DNA of 64,000 nucleotides. It comes from Octopus sinensis (lineage: Eukaryota). The number at the start of each line of letters is the position of its first letter. Position 1 is the first letter of the stretch. The notes under the pieces were generated by a model. It had not been told where the DNA came from, made no database searches, and was given only the letters and a program-made list of their open reading frames with translations. The translations under genes and the position numbers were made by a program. The stretch is taken from assembly GCF_006345805.1 (NCBI RefSeq), contig NC_043004.1:21328001-21392000 (forward strand). The letters are read 5' to 3'. Positions 27,241-40,593 of the stretch are shown here, in pieces.

Positions 27241-28960
27241 TGTCTATGTGTGTAAAAGATAATCGATTTTAATAACATACTTTTCTTACACATGCACATG
27301 CATGCATGCACGCACATACACACACACATACACACATATACACTCAGACTCATTTTGTACAGGGGAAGGATAGAATAAGTACAAAGGCTTACAAAGAATA
27401 AGTCCTGGGGTCGATTTGCTCGCCTAAAGGTGGTGCTCCAGCATGGCCACAGTCAAATGACTGAAACAAGTAAAAGAGTATAGATCAAGGGGAAGGCAAG
27501 AGCCAATACATCTTGGTACATCTGTCATCATTGACATCATCATCGGAGGGCAGATAGCTGAAACAAATACTGCAAAGCATTTTGCCCAACACTCTTAAAG
27601 TTCTGTCAGTCCTATTACCCTAGTTTGCTATTTTGTTGAATCTAAAATGATATAAAGTAAAGCTTATAATAGTTTGATTTGAAACTACAATATAGACATC
27701 CACACAAATGCCATACTGCAATCGTTCTGGTAATTAGCTGCTACACTGTGTTGTGAAACATTTTCACCTGAGTTATTATTAGAATTTTTAGAGCAACCCA
27801 TTAATATGTTGTGATGTTTAGTAGAACAACATTATGATGGCAGGTCTAATCCAGTTGATTATTTGGCGATAGGATTATTATGCAGCAGTTAATACTAACT
27901 GCTAAAACATTATTCATATTAAATGAGATACCAGTATAGAGTATTTTATATTCAATTTATAACTATATAATTACAGGGCCTATTTCATTAAACAGATGTT
28001 CGTAAATCTCTTTATAAATTTAATTTTAGAAATGTTAGATATTTGTACGAAGTAACCAATCCTTATTAACATTGAAAATAGATGCGAAATAGTAAATAGA
28101 AAATAATTAGCATTTGACTTTATATCTAAAACTTCCTGATTGTTATTTTCCCATTTTCAATTTGTATTTTCATTATATTTGCTTGAAATTGATTTAAAAA
28201 CAAAATCAATTCTCAATTTAAATTTCAATTCTCAATCCTTATGGAAGATTTTCACATGGGTAACACAATACTATAACATGCTAATGCAGTCTTCACTTAA
28301 TATTTCTAGGTTAAAAATAAGACAAAATAAAACAAGCATTGAATTTAATTGGTTTTCAGGCAGAGCTTCTTGTAACAAAATAGTATTTTTTTCTTTTCTT
28401 GTTTCTTTCTTTTTTTGTAACAGAAATTAAAAAAAGAAAATTCTATTCTATTTCTTATTAAGTTTCCTGATCAGCTGTTGAAGTTTTTGTTTGGAAGCAT
28501 TTTCATTGGATAGGAACTGTAAAGCTTACTTGTCACTAATATTGGCAATCTAGTATAATTTGATTGAATAGTAAAATGCTTTTTTATAAATTTCTAAAAG
28601 ACCATTTCCACAAGCTAAATAGAATTCTTGAGCAATGTTATTTCTAAAGTTACAGCTTTGACCCTTTTAAAGACCTGTTAATGCTTAATCTGAAATGATG
28701 ATCAAAATCTAATAAATTTGATAGCTCTGATACTAATTCTAATAAAATTTTTGGAAGCTGTTTACTCTACTTTCATTCCATGTCTGATTTATTGCATGCA
28801 AATTTTTCTCTAACAAGTGCCTCTGTTTATGCTAGTAATATTTCACTGTTTTCTGTCCAATAATCCACACTCAAGTGTCATAGCTGAAGATTGATGATCA
28901 TTGATTGATTGGTGTCTCTGGGATCATTTTGGATTTATTGCGTGTATGCACTGCTGTTGT

Positions 28961-29190
28961 TTAACCTTTTAGCATTTTAAACTGATTATATCCAGCCAAA
29001 ATATTGTACTTACTTGCTTTATGTTCAAACTGGCCAGATCCAGCCTCTTACACCTACCTTAAAATGTCATTCTAAAAGTAAACAGAAACAACATTGCTAT
29101 CTCAAAGCAACAGGATAATTCATGATTAATTCAAAGCAATATAAATAAAGCAGTACAATTCATAGAGAGACCAGAATGCTAAAGGGTTAA
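28961..29190. mobile_element. piggyBac-type MITE
   Basis: ttaacc(t)tttagcatt ... aatgctaaagggttaa; TTAA-bounded TIRs. Confidence 0.8.
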
Positions 29191-29296
29191 CCCTCACTAC
29201 AGATGTATTGATTAAACAATCAAAAGCCTTCCAGGTTAACCATCCTATCCTTTTAAAAGTAAGGAGAGATGCATTATCCAATATGTCCTTCCTTGT

Positions 29297-29527
29297 TTAA
29301 TATTTTAGCTTACAGACTGGCCATATCAGGCCCAAATATTCTACCTATTTTATGTTCAAATTGACCAGATAAGGCCTCCTCTCACACCTACTCTACTATG
29401 TCACTCTAAAAATAAACATACACATCATCGAAATCTCAAGGCTACAAGATAATGCATGGCTAATTCATGATAATGTGAATAAATAAGCATTACATTTGTC
29501 AGAATAATCTGAAATCTAAAGTGTTAA
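29297..29527. mobile_element. piggyBac-type MITE (degenerate)
   Basis: Same body as 28961-29190; TTAA at both ends. Confidence 0.7.
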
Positions 29528-30494
29528 TATTGTGGGAGGTGATCTGAAGAAGACTAGCTACTATTTTGAGTAGGTTCATTGACTCTGAAGAAGCTTCCTC
29601 ATTGGCCTGTATGTGTGTGTGTGTGTGTGTGTGTGTATGTGAATATGACTGTTGTCAAGTGTAAGAACTCATTTTATCAACAGGACCCCTCATTGGTGTG
29701 TGTATATATTGGTGGATATAAATGCTGCCAACTGTAAGGCTTCTGTCTGAATGACTCTGTGGAATTTGCTGAAAGATTTAGCTGTATAATGTTGTTGTCA
29801 TTTAGCTCTAGGTTAACCCTGGCTTGACATACCTATGATTAAAAATTTTCCAATTATCACCAGCCAATCTTTTCAAGATTTATAAAACTTTATAATGATA
29901 ATTCATCTCCACCAACCTAGGAGACCATTCTTAGATCTGATTTAGCCAAAAAAAAAAAAAAAGAAGCTTTTTTTATATTTTAGGAAAATTTTACTGATAT
30001 TTCCTACATATAAGGTTCCGCAGTGGCTTATGCTTGTAAGGTTGAGCAATGCAAAATAGATATAACAGTAAGTTTGATGGCTATACTTTTGGGATAAGAA
30101 TGATGTTTTGCCATTATTCTGTTATATTATAATTCATTGATCCAAGTAAAAGAAACAAAAAATTCAATTTATGATAGATGTAAAGTGAAAAAAAAAAGAA
30201 GGAATAAACGTATATACTGACAATGCAGACGAGGTGGGGATGCTCTTTCAACTTGCAAGAGCACGTCTCACTTGTGCATCACAATTTCTTTGGCATAAAT
30301 TTTAGTGTTGAATGCAATGCCAGCCATCAGCCATAGAAACCAAGCTAAAAAATACTTCTTATGAATGAGATGTGATTCTTGACCTGTGTTGAAAGGCCAA
30401 TAATTCTGAATTAAAAACTCTTTGTAATCCCTAAAGCAAGTTTATATTTGTTGTATCTCATGAGCTGTTGTGGCTAATTGGAAAAAGATTATTG

Positions 30495-30722
30495 CAGGAA
30501 TCCCTCGACTATCACAGGTGTTACATTGCAAAAACCCCCAGTGATAGGTGAAAATCTGCGAAGTAGAAACAGTACTCTACTGTATATTTTTTTTTAATAT
30601 CATTTTTATAATTTTTATATATTTATTTTATTATGAATACAAAACAACACCACAGAGGAATCAATGTAAGCTTAAATAATAAATCACGATAGGTGAACTG
30701 TGATATGATGAGGGATTATCAT
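30495..30722. mobile_element. Tc1/mariner-superfamily (Tigger-like) MITE
   Basis: Imperfect inverted ends aatccctcgactatc / gatatgatgagggatt with an AT-rich interior. Confidence 0.5.
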
Positions 30723-31188
30723 ATTACTATAATTTTTGTTAAAGTAACAAGTTAAGAAAATTGTTAGCATGCCAGGCAAAATGCTATGTGGCATATCTTC
30801 CAGCTCTTTTACATTCAAATTTTAAATACCACCATTTATCATTTTGGAGTCAATAAAATAAGTACCAGCTGAGCACTTGGATTATTGCAATTGAAATTCA
30901 ATTGCACTATAATTACTGGCTTTGTGCCAAAAAATTAAAAAGAATTGTTGTAATTATTGTTGTTAGTATTATTAGTATATTTTACTTTTCAGATCTCTCA
31001 GTCTTACTTGCTCTGATTGATTCTGTGAGAGCAGATGGCAACCTGTTTTCAGAGGCCTCACAATGTCACTTTCCACAAATTATAAGACATGGTACTTGGA
31101 TGTTAACTATCAAGGAAGATACTCAATACACAATCACCAATCTCAAAATCCTGTCACCAACAGAGCAGTTTTGGGGCCTGCTCTGCCA

Positions 31189-31245
<57 letters not shown>

Positions 31246-31299
31246 CATTATTATCAATATCATTATCATTATTATTATTATTATTATCATTATTATCAA

Positions 31300-31363
<64 letters not shown>

Positions 31364-31789
31364 GGCAAAATCATTGAGACAAGACACGAAATACTTTGAT
31401 GTTTCTTCCAGTGTTTTATGGTCTGAATTCAAATATCACTAATGTCAACTTCACCTGTCCTTCTGGGGTGAAATGTTAGTGATTAAATTTTTCTCAACAA
31501 AATAGCCTTGGAACAAAATCAGAAACAAATATTATCAATAGAATCATGAATGAATCTAGAAAAATGCTTTGTGGTATTCCTTCTATCTACATTCTGAGTT
31601 CAAATTCCACCAAGGTCAACTTTATGTTTTACCTATTTGTGGTTGATAAAATAAGTACCAGTTGAGCACTGGAATTGATGTAATTGACTGGCCCCTTCTC
31701 TTAAATTGCAGGCCTTGTGCATAAAGTAGTAAGGTTCATTGTTATTGTTTGTTTTTATCTCTCAATCTTAGGTTTTATGCCAATTCATT

Positions 31790-33360
31790 TCTCTTCATAC
31801 TTTTCTTAAGATTCTTGCTGTACCTAATAAATAGTCTTTCTTCAAAATGTTCCTTGAATTTTTCAAAACTTCTGCTTGCAATGCCCAACACACTGATGAC
31901 AAGTGGCACTACCTTTATTCTCTTACATTACCATAGCTGCCCAATCTCATATCTGAAATCATTGTACTTATCAAACTTTTCTTGTTTTTTCTCTTTCACT
32001 CTGGTATCAAAAGAAGCATACTAGCTATGGCAGTATATATTCTAAAATTGAAATAATAGTGAGAAGATTAGCATGGCTCCTGTGCAAAGATAACATGAAA
32101 ATTCGTGAAGCATTCCATTTTTTTTTTCTCAAGATGGTGCTCCATCATGGCTGCAGTCAAATGACTGAAACAAAAGTCTAAAAGAATATCTACCATTCAT
32201 GAGACTCTTTTCAAAAGATAACGATATCAGATCAAGAGTGTTTCATGACCTTATCTGTGTACAATTTACAATCCCACAGGATCTTTATATTTTCATTCTC
32301 CACCTTAGGGCCATACCACTTTTCAGGAGAAGAAAGATTGTACTTCTTATAATATTCCCAATGTTCAACGTTTGCCTTTCTATAATATCTCTCTACCATG
32401 TCTCCAATTCTTTTACTCTTTCTGTGTTAGTTTTGGATATTCTGAAACTATATGTGCAATTGTTTCTTCACTTTCACCACACATCCTACACTTCCTATCA
32501 ATATTTTCTTTGTCATTGACTTTCCTGATGTTTCTTATTTGCAATGCTTGCTTCTGTACATCCATAATCAATCCTTCAGTCTCTCTTTCCAGGCCACATT
32601 TTCTGCCAGTTCTAACTCTCATTTCCTCAAACCTCATCTGTAATTACAAAGAATTTGTTATGTAAATGTTCGTTACAAGAAGACCTTTCCCTTTCATGTT
32701 GTACATCTTCCTTCTTCACATGATCAAAGATATTTTCCTTTTCCTATTTTACTGACTTAATTAACTTTTCATTGCTTTCATTGATGTACTTTATGAGATT
32801 GGCAACCCCCATATTCACACAATCCCCAGCACTTGTTAATCTTTGTCCTCCTATACACCTCTTCACACATAGCCAATCAACATCTCCTTGGGAATGGAAT
32901 ACTCTATGTATCATTAACAATTTTCTGGTCTTTCTGTCAAAGAGCTTTAGGTCATCCTTCGTCCATTTGACTATACCTCCTCCACACCTTGTTATGCTAA
33001 TGACCCTTGAGTTGATATCAAAGATAGTATTTACACCATTAAATTTTGATTCCAAGGCTTCTCTCACCTTACTCAAATATTCCTGAGAACTTTTCTTTTA
33101 TCTAACAGTTTTTGATACCATCTGTTTTAAATGTACTAAGATACCTGTCTCCTTCACCTTTGTCAACTTTCTTAATTTCCTCGTCCATTGATTATTTTAA
33201 CCCTTCACTATTTCCATACTCATCTCTTTTCACTACCAGGAGACCCTATTAACTCCAAACCCCATCTTTATGCCATGATTAAAGATGACTGTATTTACCA
33301 AACTATTGAGTTGCTTGACATCTTTGGCATAGTTACAGATTGTCCATGAATAACAAATAA
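31790..33360 (-). mobile_element. R4/Dong-clade LINE, 5'-truncated, split by the U6 chimera
   Basis: LLFMDNL (RT core), KWTKDDLKLFDRKTRKLL, ETEGLIMDVQKQAL, KCRMCGESEETIAHIVS, ILWD..TDK..DIVI | DTRVKEKKQEKFDKY, VVPLVISVLG and LLGTARILRKV. The 5' end abuts a (GAA)n array. Confidence 0.85.
32018..32127 (+). pseudogene. U6: Full-length U6 snRNA retropseudogene
   Basis: Ungapped alignment by hand to vertebrate U6 (recalled from memory): 80/100 identities, plus terminal oligo-T. The ACAGAGA box reads AGTGAGA, and upstream is retroelement sequence rather than a Pol III promoter. Confidence 0.9.
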
Positions 33361-33745
33361 TTTTCTTCATTTTCTTCTTCTTCTTCTTCTTCTTCTTCTT
33401 CATTTTCTTCTTCTTCTCCTTCTTCTTCTTCATTTTCTTCTTCTTCTTCTTCTTCATTTTCTTCTTCTTCTTCATTTTCTTCTTCTTCTTCTTCTTCTTC
33501 TTCTTCTTCTTCTTCATTTTCTTCTTCTTCTTCTTCTTCTTCTTTTCTTTCTTCTTCTTCTTCTCTTCATTTTCTTCTTCTTCTTCTTCATTTTTTCTTC
33601 TTCTTCTTCTTCATTTTCTTCTTCTTCTTCTTCTTCATTTTCTTCTTCTTCTTCTTCTTCTTCTTCTTCCTCATTTTCTTCTCCTTCTTCTTCTTCATTT
33701 TCTTCTTCTTCTTCTTCTTCTTCTTCTTCTTCTTCTTCTTCTGCT
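33361..33745. repeat. Compound (TTC)n array with periodic CATTTT interruptions
   Basis: Direct. Confidence 0.95.
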
Positions 33746-35239
33746 GCTGCTTCTTCTTGCTGTTGTTGTTGCTGCTGTGCTGTTATTGTTGTTGTTTTTT
33801 GTGAATTATATTAGAGTTCATGTTCACTCTACTTGCAACATTGAGTGACACTATCAATAAATTCTCTGTTGTTGCTCGTAAACTAGCTTTAAAACAATAA
33901 CCTTTAACATGTACTTTGAGTTACAACTATTTCATATTTTCAGAAATATTCAAACATGTAGAATATCATCATTTAAATCTACAGCATTTTTTTTCCAAAA
34001 CAACTTGTAAATTAATATTTGATTGTCTGAATATTCATATCAGACACTTCATATCCAAAAGATATCTTGTACAGCGCAACCTGCATTTAATATTTGCTTC
34101 AATATTTCATATTCAATAACCATTCACTAATCTATACCAGTGATCCATACAGAGGAATTTAATAAACTTATATTTGGTTTCAGTTCATTGGTTCAAGTGG
34201 AGACACTTAGTATTTTACTTTGGAAGCTATTGACACGAATTTATATTATTATGTAGAAAATAGTGTTCTGGAATGGACAAATATTCCTAAGGTATTCGAA
34301 CACAGAAATTCAATTAGTGTGTTGCAGCTTCGAATTCAATAGTTTTCTGTTTATCTAATGTTAACACGGAATATTTCATCTTAGTGCCAGAATTGAAAAG
34401 TTTTATTAGGAGGGAAGCTTTCTATAGAAAAATTGAAGCATCTAGTTCTGCAAGAATTGAAGTATAAAAGCAACCTATTTGATTAAAATAGCTACCATTT
34501 GCACAGCAATGGCTATTTGTGGAGAGATAAACTGTTATTATATAACTCATATTTGTCTTATCAAAAGCTCCTTTTGGGGTGTGAAACTCTCAGGTCAATT
34601 AATGAATGGATATTGAAAGAGCTGGTTTAGTTCAGAGTTAGTTTGTATAGGATTGATGCAGTTTGATATTATGGGAATCTAAAAATATTGTTGTGTGGTG
34701 GTGGGTGATTCAATCTGTACTTTGCTTTTGTGTTGAGACTCGAATAACATACAAGACACCTTCAAGAAAACCACTTAATATGGAATCGCAAATATCGAAC
34801 TTTTAACAATTCATTGTGAAGTAAAGATGTTCATAGTTGTTAAACAGGCTGTTGTTATAACATATGGTGTCTCTCACACTTCCAAATTTACATTCAGAAT
34901 CTAATTGATGTATATCTTAACAACTTCATTGATTACTCTACATTCCCACTGGAGTTAGAGTGGCCTCACACCACTCCAAATCAACATGTTGTCCTCATGT
35001 CATCTTTCAAGTATCTCAATGACACTCCATATAGTACTGGCTTCAATTTCTTCAAATAAGTCTTACTAGGTAGTGCAACAGAATGGCTGCCGTCCAATGA
35101 CTGAAACAAGTAAAAGACAAACGATAAATGACAATATGTGTATTAAATGTATGTGTATGTATAGGCACAGGCATGGCTGCTTGGTAAGAAGTTTGCCTCC
35201 CAACCACATGGTTCAGTGTTCAGTCCTACAGCACAGTTC

Positions 35240-38200
35240 TATTATATCCTTAAAATGTTGGATTGTTATAACACCCTCTTTAGTATACAGTATACTTAGT
35301 AAAACCAATAAAGACACAACTATCTCTGATGACCAACTATGTACTCTGTTGTAGTGTCTCATACTCTCCTGTTTATAGTGACTATGCCATACTACATGTC
35401 ACGTGGGATGGGTGTACCATTATTCCTAATTCCCTACACCTCCCCTTTTAAGTTTTTGTTAGGAAGTGTCATTTTATTTAGTAAAAATTTTTTTTATTCA
35501 CCCCACCTCCCTTTTTTGAGATTTTTTTCATACAATTTAATATTTTTTGCACTTGATATCTATTTTCGAGAACTCTGTCTAGTTTCTTTTCCTCTCACTT
35601 GTACATCTGGATTCAGTCACCTGCAGTGGTGTTGGTACTTGGAATGTATTGTAGAACCATTCCATTAGTTTCTCCAACTACTTTGGTTCACTTTCCATGA
35701 ATCTCTTTTTCAGTTGGTTCCTGTGTCTCTTTTGTATGCCCTTTCTACTTTTTACCCAATACATCATTTAACCTTTACATTTTATAATCATGCCATCTTC
35801 CTAACTCTGTTTTCTATTCTTGTATGCCCTCATATACACTTTTTCACCAACTTTAAAGAATCTTGCTATGTCTTCCCTGGCACTTTTTCTTTCCTTGCTA
35901 AGTAGCAATTTATCAAAAACTGATTTTACTTTCTTTTCAAACATCAGTAGCTTACCAATGGACTGGTGAGCTACTGGTTGATGTATTCAGATTTGGTGTC
36001 ACACGATACACTCTTAAAAATTGTTGTAGAGCTACCTCACCTGTGACTTCCTTATTCAATTTTCTTAGGGCTCTCTTCAAGATAGTGACAAAGCATTCTG
36101 CCTGTCCATTAGATTTGGGTTGGTATGGCACTGTAGTTATATGTTCTAGCATGAACGTTCCGCAAAATTTATAAAATTCACTAGACACAAATTGTGTTCC
36201 ATTGTTAGACACTATCTTCTTTGATATGTCAAATCTTGCAAGCAATTCATGTAAAAAGTTTATCACAGTTGAGGAGATTGGTTTTTTACACTTACAAATT
36301 TCTGTCCATTTTGAGAAACTATCAACTACCACTATATAGTAAGAATCATTTAAAGGATCAGCAAAATCGGTGTGTAGTTTCGACCACAGAACATCTACAT
36401 TTGAACAATGTTTACTTTTCATTGTGAGTGAGTTTTCATTTTGGTTTGGCTTGCATACAGGTGTTCCACTCTATTTTACTTTGATTTTTTTGTTTCAGTC
36501 CCTCAGCCGCTTTTGAGCCTTCAACTGAACCAATTATATTTCCACACAAAATACTCATGGGCATATTCCATACTTTGAATAGTTATGTACCGAATGAATT
36601 AAGTGAACTTTTTAACCCATATATCGTTGCCTTTTTTGTTTGACCTCAAAATGTTACATTACATACAAATTCACCAAAATAATATAATCTTTTTCCCATA
36701 ACACCATGTGCTACCCATTTTGATTTAATCAATCTTAGCTTCCTGACATATTTCCAATTATTTTTGTTTATAATGGTGATATCACTACCAGTGTCCACCT
36801 GCATTTTAACACTTGTATTTCTGCTTTTCACCTTCACAAATTTCCTCATCATTACATTACCAATTGCTTCCAATGACATACTATTTATTTTTGTCCTTTG
36901 TTCTGATATTTTGTCATCTTTGTTCTACAGTGCATCTTTATACATCCTATAATTCCATAATAAAAGCACTCAGTTTGTTTCAATGGAAAATTTTTCCTTG
37001 GATGTATACCTCCACATGCAAAACATGGGTTTATTGTCTGATTTTTGTCATGTTTTTTGCAAAAAACTTTATCTCTATTCTGACTATTTCATACTTGTTT
37101 TACTTGGAAACATCTTTCCATTCGATTTCCTCTGTGTCATGTGCTAATTTGACTATCTTTTCACGTTCTTCTGACACTTGTTGTAGGGTTGCCTCTTGGT
37201 TTTGTTCTAGCTTTGCAAGAATTCTAGATCTAACTTCTGCTTCCTTTTCGGCTGTAAGTCCCTGTGTAAAAATCAGACATTTAAATATATCTGGCGTTTA
37301 TTCTTCCTACTTAAGCTTCTCACATTTCCTGTTTACTCAACCAGCATATGTGATGTAGTCCTCATCTATGTTTATCTCTATAACTTGAACAAGGAGCTTT
37401 TCTCACTGAAAATTTGACACAATATATCTATTGTGTCACTAAAGTTTATATCAGAAGGTTTGCTTGGGAGAACATAATTACTGTACGTTCATGTTCATGT
37501 TGCCAGTTTTCTCAAGATTAAGTGCGTTTTCATCTTGTCCTCCCAATCTTTACATTCTTTCTCAAAGATTTGCTCATATCTTTTGTAGTATTTTTCGAAG
37601 ATAACTCTTTAATCAGGTTCATATTTGAACTCTGTTATGGAGTTCATGACATAGCCTGTCGAGAACACTTTTTCTAGCTTTCATGATGACTTCAGTAATT
37701 GCAGCATTTGTTGCTCTATAATTTGTTGTTGTTGTTGCTTCTGTTGTTCCTTTTGCAGTTGTATCTGCTGCTATTGTTCTTCTTTCAGTTGTTGTTGTTG
37801 CTTTGGCTGTTGTTCTTGTAGTTGTAGCTACAGCTGTTGTCCTTTCAGTTGCTGTTTTTGCAACTCAAGCAAACCGGCTAACATATTTTCCACAATTCTA
37901 TGATTTTTTTTTTTGTAAAATTTGCAAAACGAAACCTTTTGTGAGTTTGTTAACTCCCCATGAGTTGTTAATTCCTTGTGAGCTGTTAAAATACTTGTCG
38001 AGTTTATTAATTCCTCATGAGTTGTTTAAATCCTTGTTGAGTTTATGAATTTTTCATGGGTTGTTTAAATCCTTATTCACACTGTTATAATCTTTAAAAT
38101 GTTGGATTGTTATAATGCCCACTTTGGTATACAGTATACTTAGTAAAACCAGTAAAACCACGTCTATCTCTGACTTTCTGCTACATACTGTCTCGTACTC

Positions 38201-38276
38201 ACCTATTTATAGTGACTAAGTCATACCATTTGTCATGTGGGTGGAGTGTGCCATTATTCCTGTATGTCTTTCTACT
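35240..38276 (-). mobile_element. Ty3/Gypsy LTR retrotransposon lacking RT/RNase H
   Basis: Diverged LTRs at 35240-35438 and 38083-38276; PPT cctcccctttt at 35439-35449; gag (FKYEPD..YYKRYEQIF..LILRKL); protease VDTGSDITII; integrase ORF 35952-36422 (LHTDFADP, VVVDSFSKW, SNNGTQF, PYQPKSNGQAE). Confidence 0.9.
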
Positions 38277-38487
38277 TTGTGTCTGTGTTTGTCCCCTCAC
38301 CACTGCTTGACAACTGGTGTTAGTGTGTTTATGCCCTCTTAACTTGGTGGTTTTGGCAAAAAATACCAATGGAATAAACACTAGGCTTTAAAAATAAGTC
38401 CTCAGGTCAATTTGTTTGACTAAAAAGCCCTCCAAGGCACTGTCCCAACATGACCACAGTCAAATGACTGAAACAAATAAAAGATAC

Positions 38488-38556
<69 letters not shown>

Positions 38557-40562
38557 CATCTATCTATCTATCTATCCATCTATCTATCTATTTATATATG
38601 ATTTATTGATAATTATTACATATGTAAAGTATAACCTGGTGGATTAAACGCAATATCAAGATATGGCAGATAAAACATTGTTGCTGATATATTGCTTCCT
38701 TGGGCAAGATATTTATTAATCTGTTCCTTTCTAGCTATCAGAATCTGATTATTAGTGCCAGTTTAAAGTAAAGTGGTTGGCATCACCAAAGTAATCTTGT
38801 TGTAAAAGTATTTCTTCAATAATTTATGGAAAACTATTCAATTTTCTAAGACCCTTCCTAAATATCCTTGCTTGGAGTTAAAAGTATGATACAAAAAAAT
38901 CTTTCAAGAAATTAGCTTTGAAATTAGCTTCTGTACTAAATGAGATAAGATGGAAATTACAAGGATTTAATTAATGCATTATTTTTGCATTTCTTTTGTA
39001 GATATTTTTTTAAAAATTGTGCATGAATTCTTTACACAGTTTCATGAACTGCTGTTACTTTCCACCACAAATTATTTTGTAAGTCTTGGGAAATTTTGTT
39101 TTGAATCAACAGAGACAATATAAAACATAAAAACAGTCTAAAACCAGAAAAATCTGTCTTGATTACGTCAGTAATTTTGCATGATTTATTTACTGTCTTC
39201 CGTGAGTAAATTGACATTCAAGGATTAAGGAACACCTGTAAGTACTTACAAAGAAATATTTTTAAAATAGTAAAAAAAACTGCCCTTCCTATAAGAAAAT
39301 CACCAACATAATGTTCACTTGTGCAATAACATATAAACACCAAAATATTTTTTAAAAATTGCTTAAATATATAAAAACAAGGCTTTTTTTTAAAGTCTTA
39401 CCTAAAGGAATTAGAATTGCAAATCCTGCTCAAAGTAACATTAAGAAAATATTTTGTAATTTTTTAAAGATAGTTTTTTAAAAGTCTTTACTAGAAGAGC
39501 AAAGAGTAAAGATTTTAAAACTATTCTAGTCTACATGCATATATATATATATATATATATATACAAACACACATATATATGCATACACACACACATATAT
39601 ATACATATATATGTATCATACATACACATATATATATCATATATATTCATACATATATATATATATGTGACTGAGTATATATGTGTATAAACACACATAT
39701 GCTGTATGCATATGTTGCATTAAAAGAAAAAGCATGATGGTGCAACAGAGTTAAAAAAATATTGAAGCAAGTCAAGTCAATACTGAAAAATTTGCCATCA
39801 AAAATGATCCAATGATTTATTGAGAATTAATTTTTTTTTTATTTTTGGTGTCGCCTTTTAGCTGTGCAAAGCAAAAGAACATAATCAAGTTAATATTACA
39901 TGAGAAAGAGAAGTGTATGCTTTGCATTATATATACATATATATATATATAATACACACACACATACATACATAGACACATAAATACACACACACATAAT
40001 ATATGAGTGTCTGCACATGTATGTACATTTACTTGGTTGAATTTTACTTTTAATAATACCTAGAGGTTAAATGCTTGCTTTTGTTAAATTTGAAGCGCTT
40101 TCACTATTTAAACAATAGTTCAATAGATTTCCACACACACATAAGCCATGGGAATTCTTGCATAGTACAATGTCTTTAATTTTTAAACATATCTTTTGGC
40201 AATAATCGAACAATGAGAAATTGTGAAGTAAAGGCTTCTCATTGCAAATGAAATTTTTATTCCAGTTCATAATTATATTAATATAGTCAGCATTTTATAT
40301 ATCACAACTTTATTTCAACATACCTCCTGAATTATATTCTGTTGTGTTTGGGGAGAGTCATTTTCTTTTTGTGCCTTATAATTTAATACACTCACCGGTA
40401 AAATTTCCACTTATTTCTTATTTTTATTTTCCTAAAATTTTCGTTGCGTCTGGCAACCTTTTCAATAGTCTTGACTCTGTCCATTATTTACACTGCGTTC
40501 TTTTTTGTTTGTTTGTGCGCATGTGTGTGGGTGGGTGTGTGTGTGCCTATGCATTCATGTAC

Positions 40563-40593
<31 letters not shown>

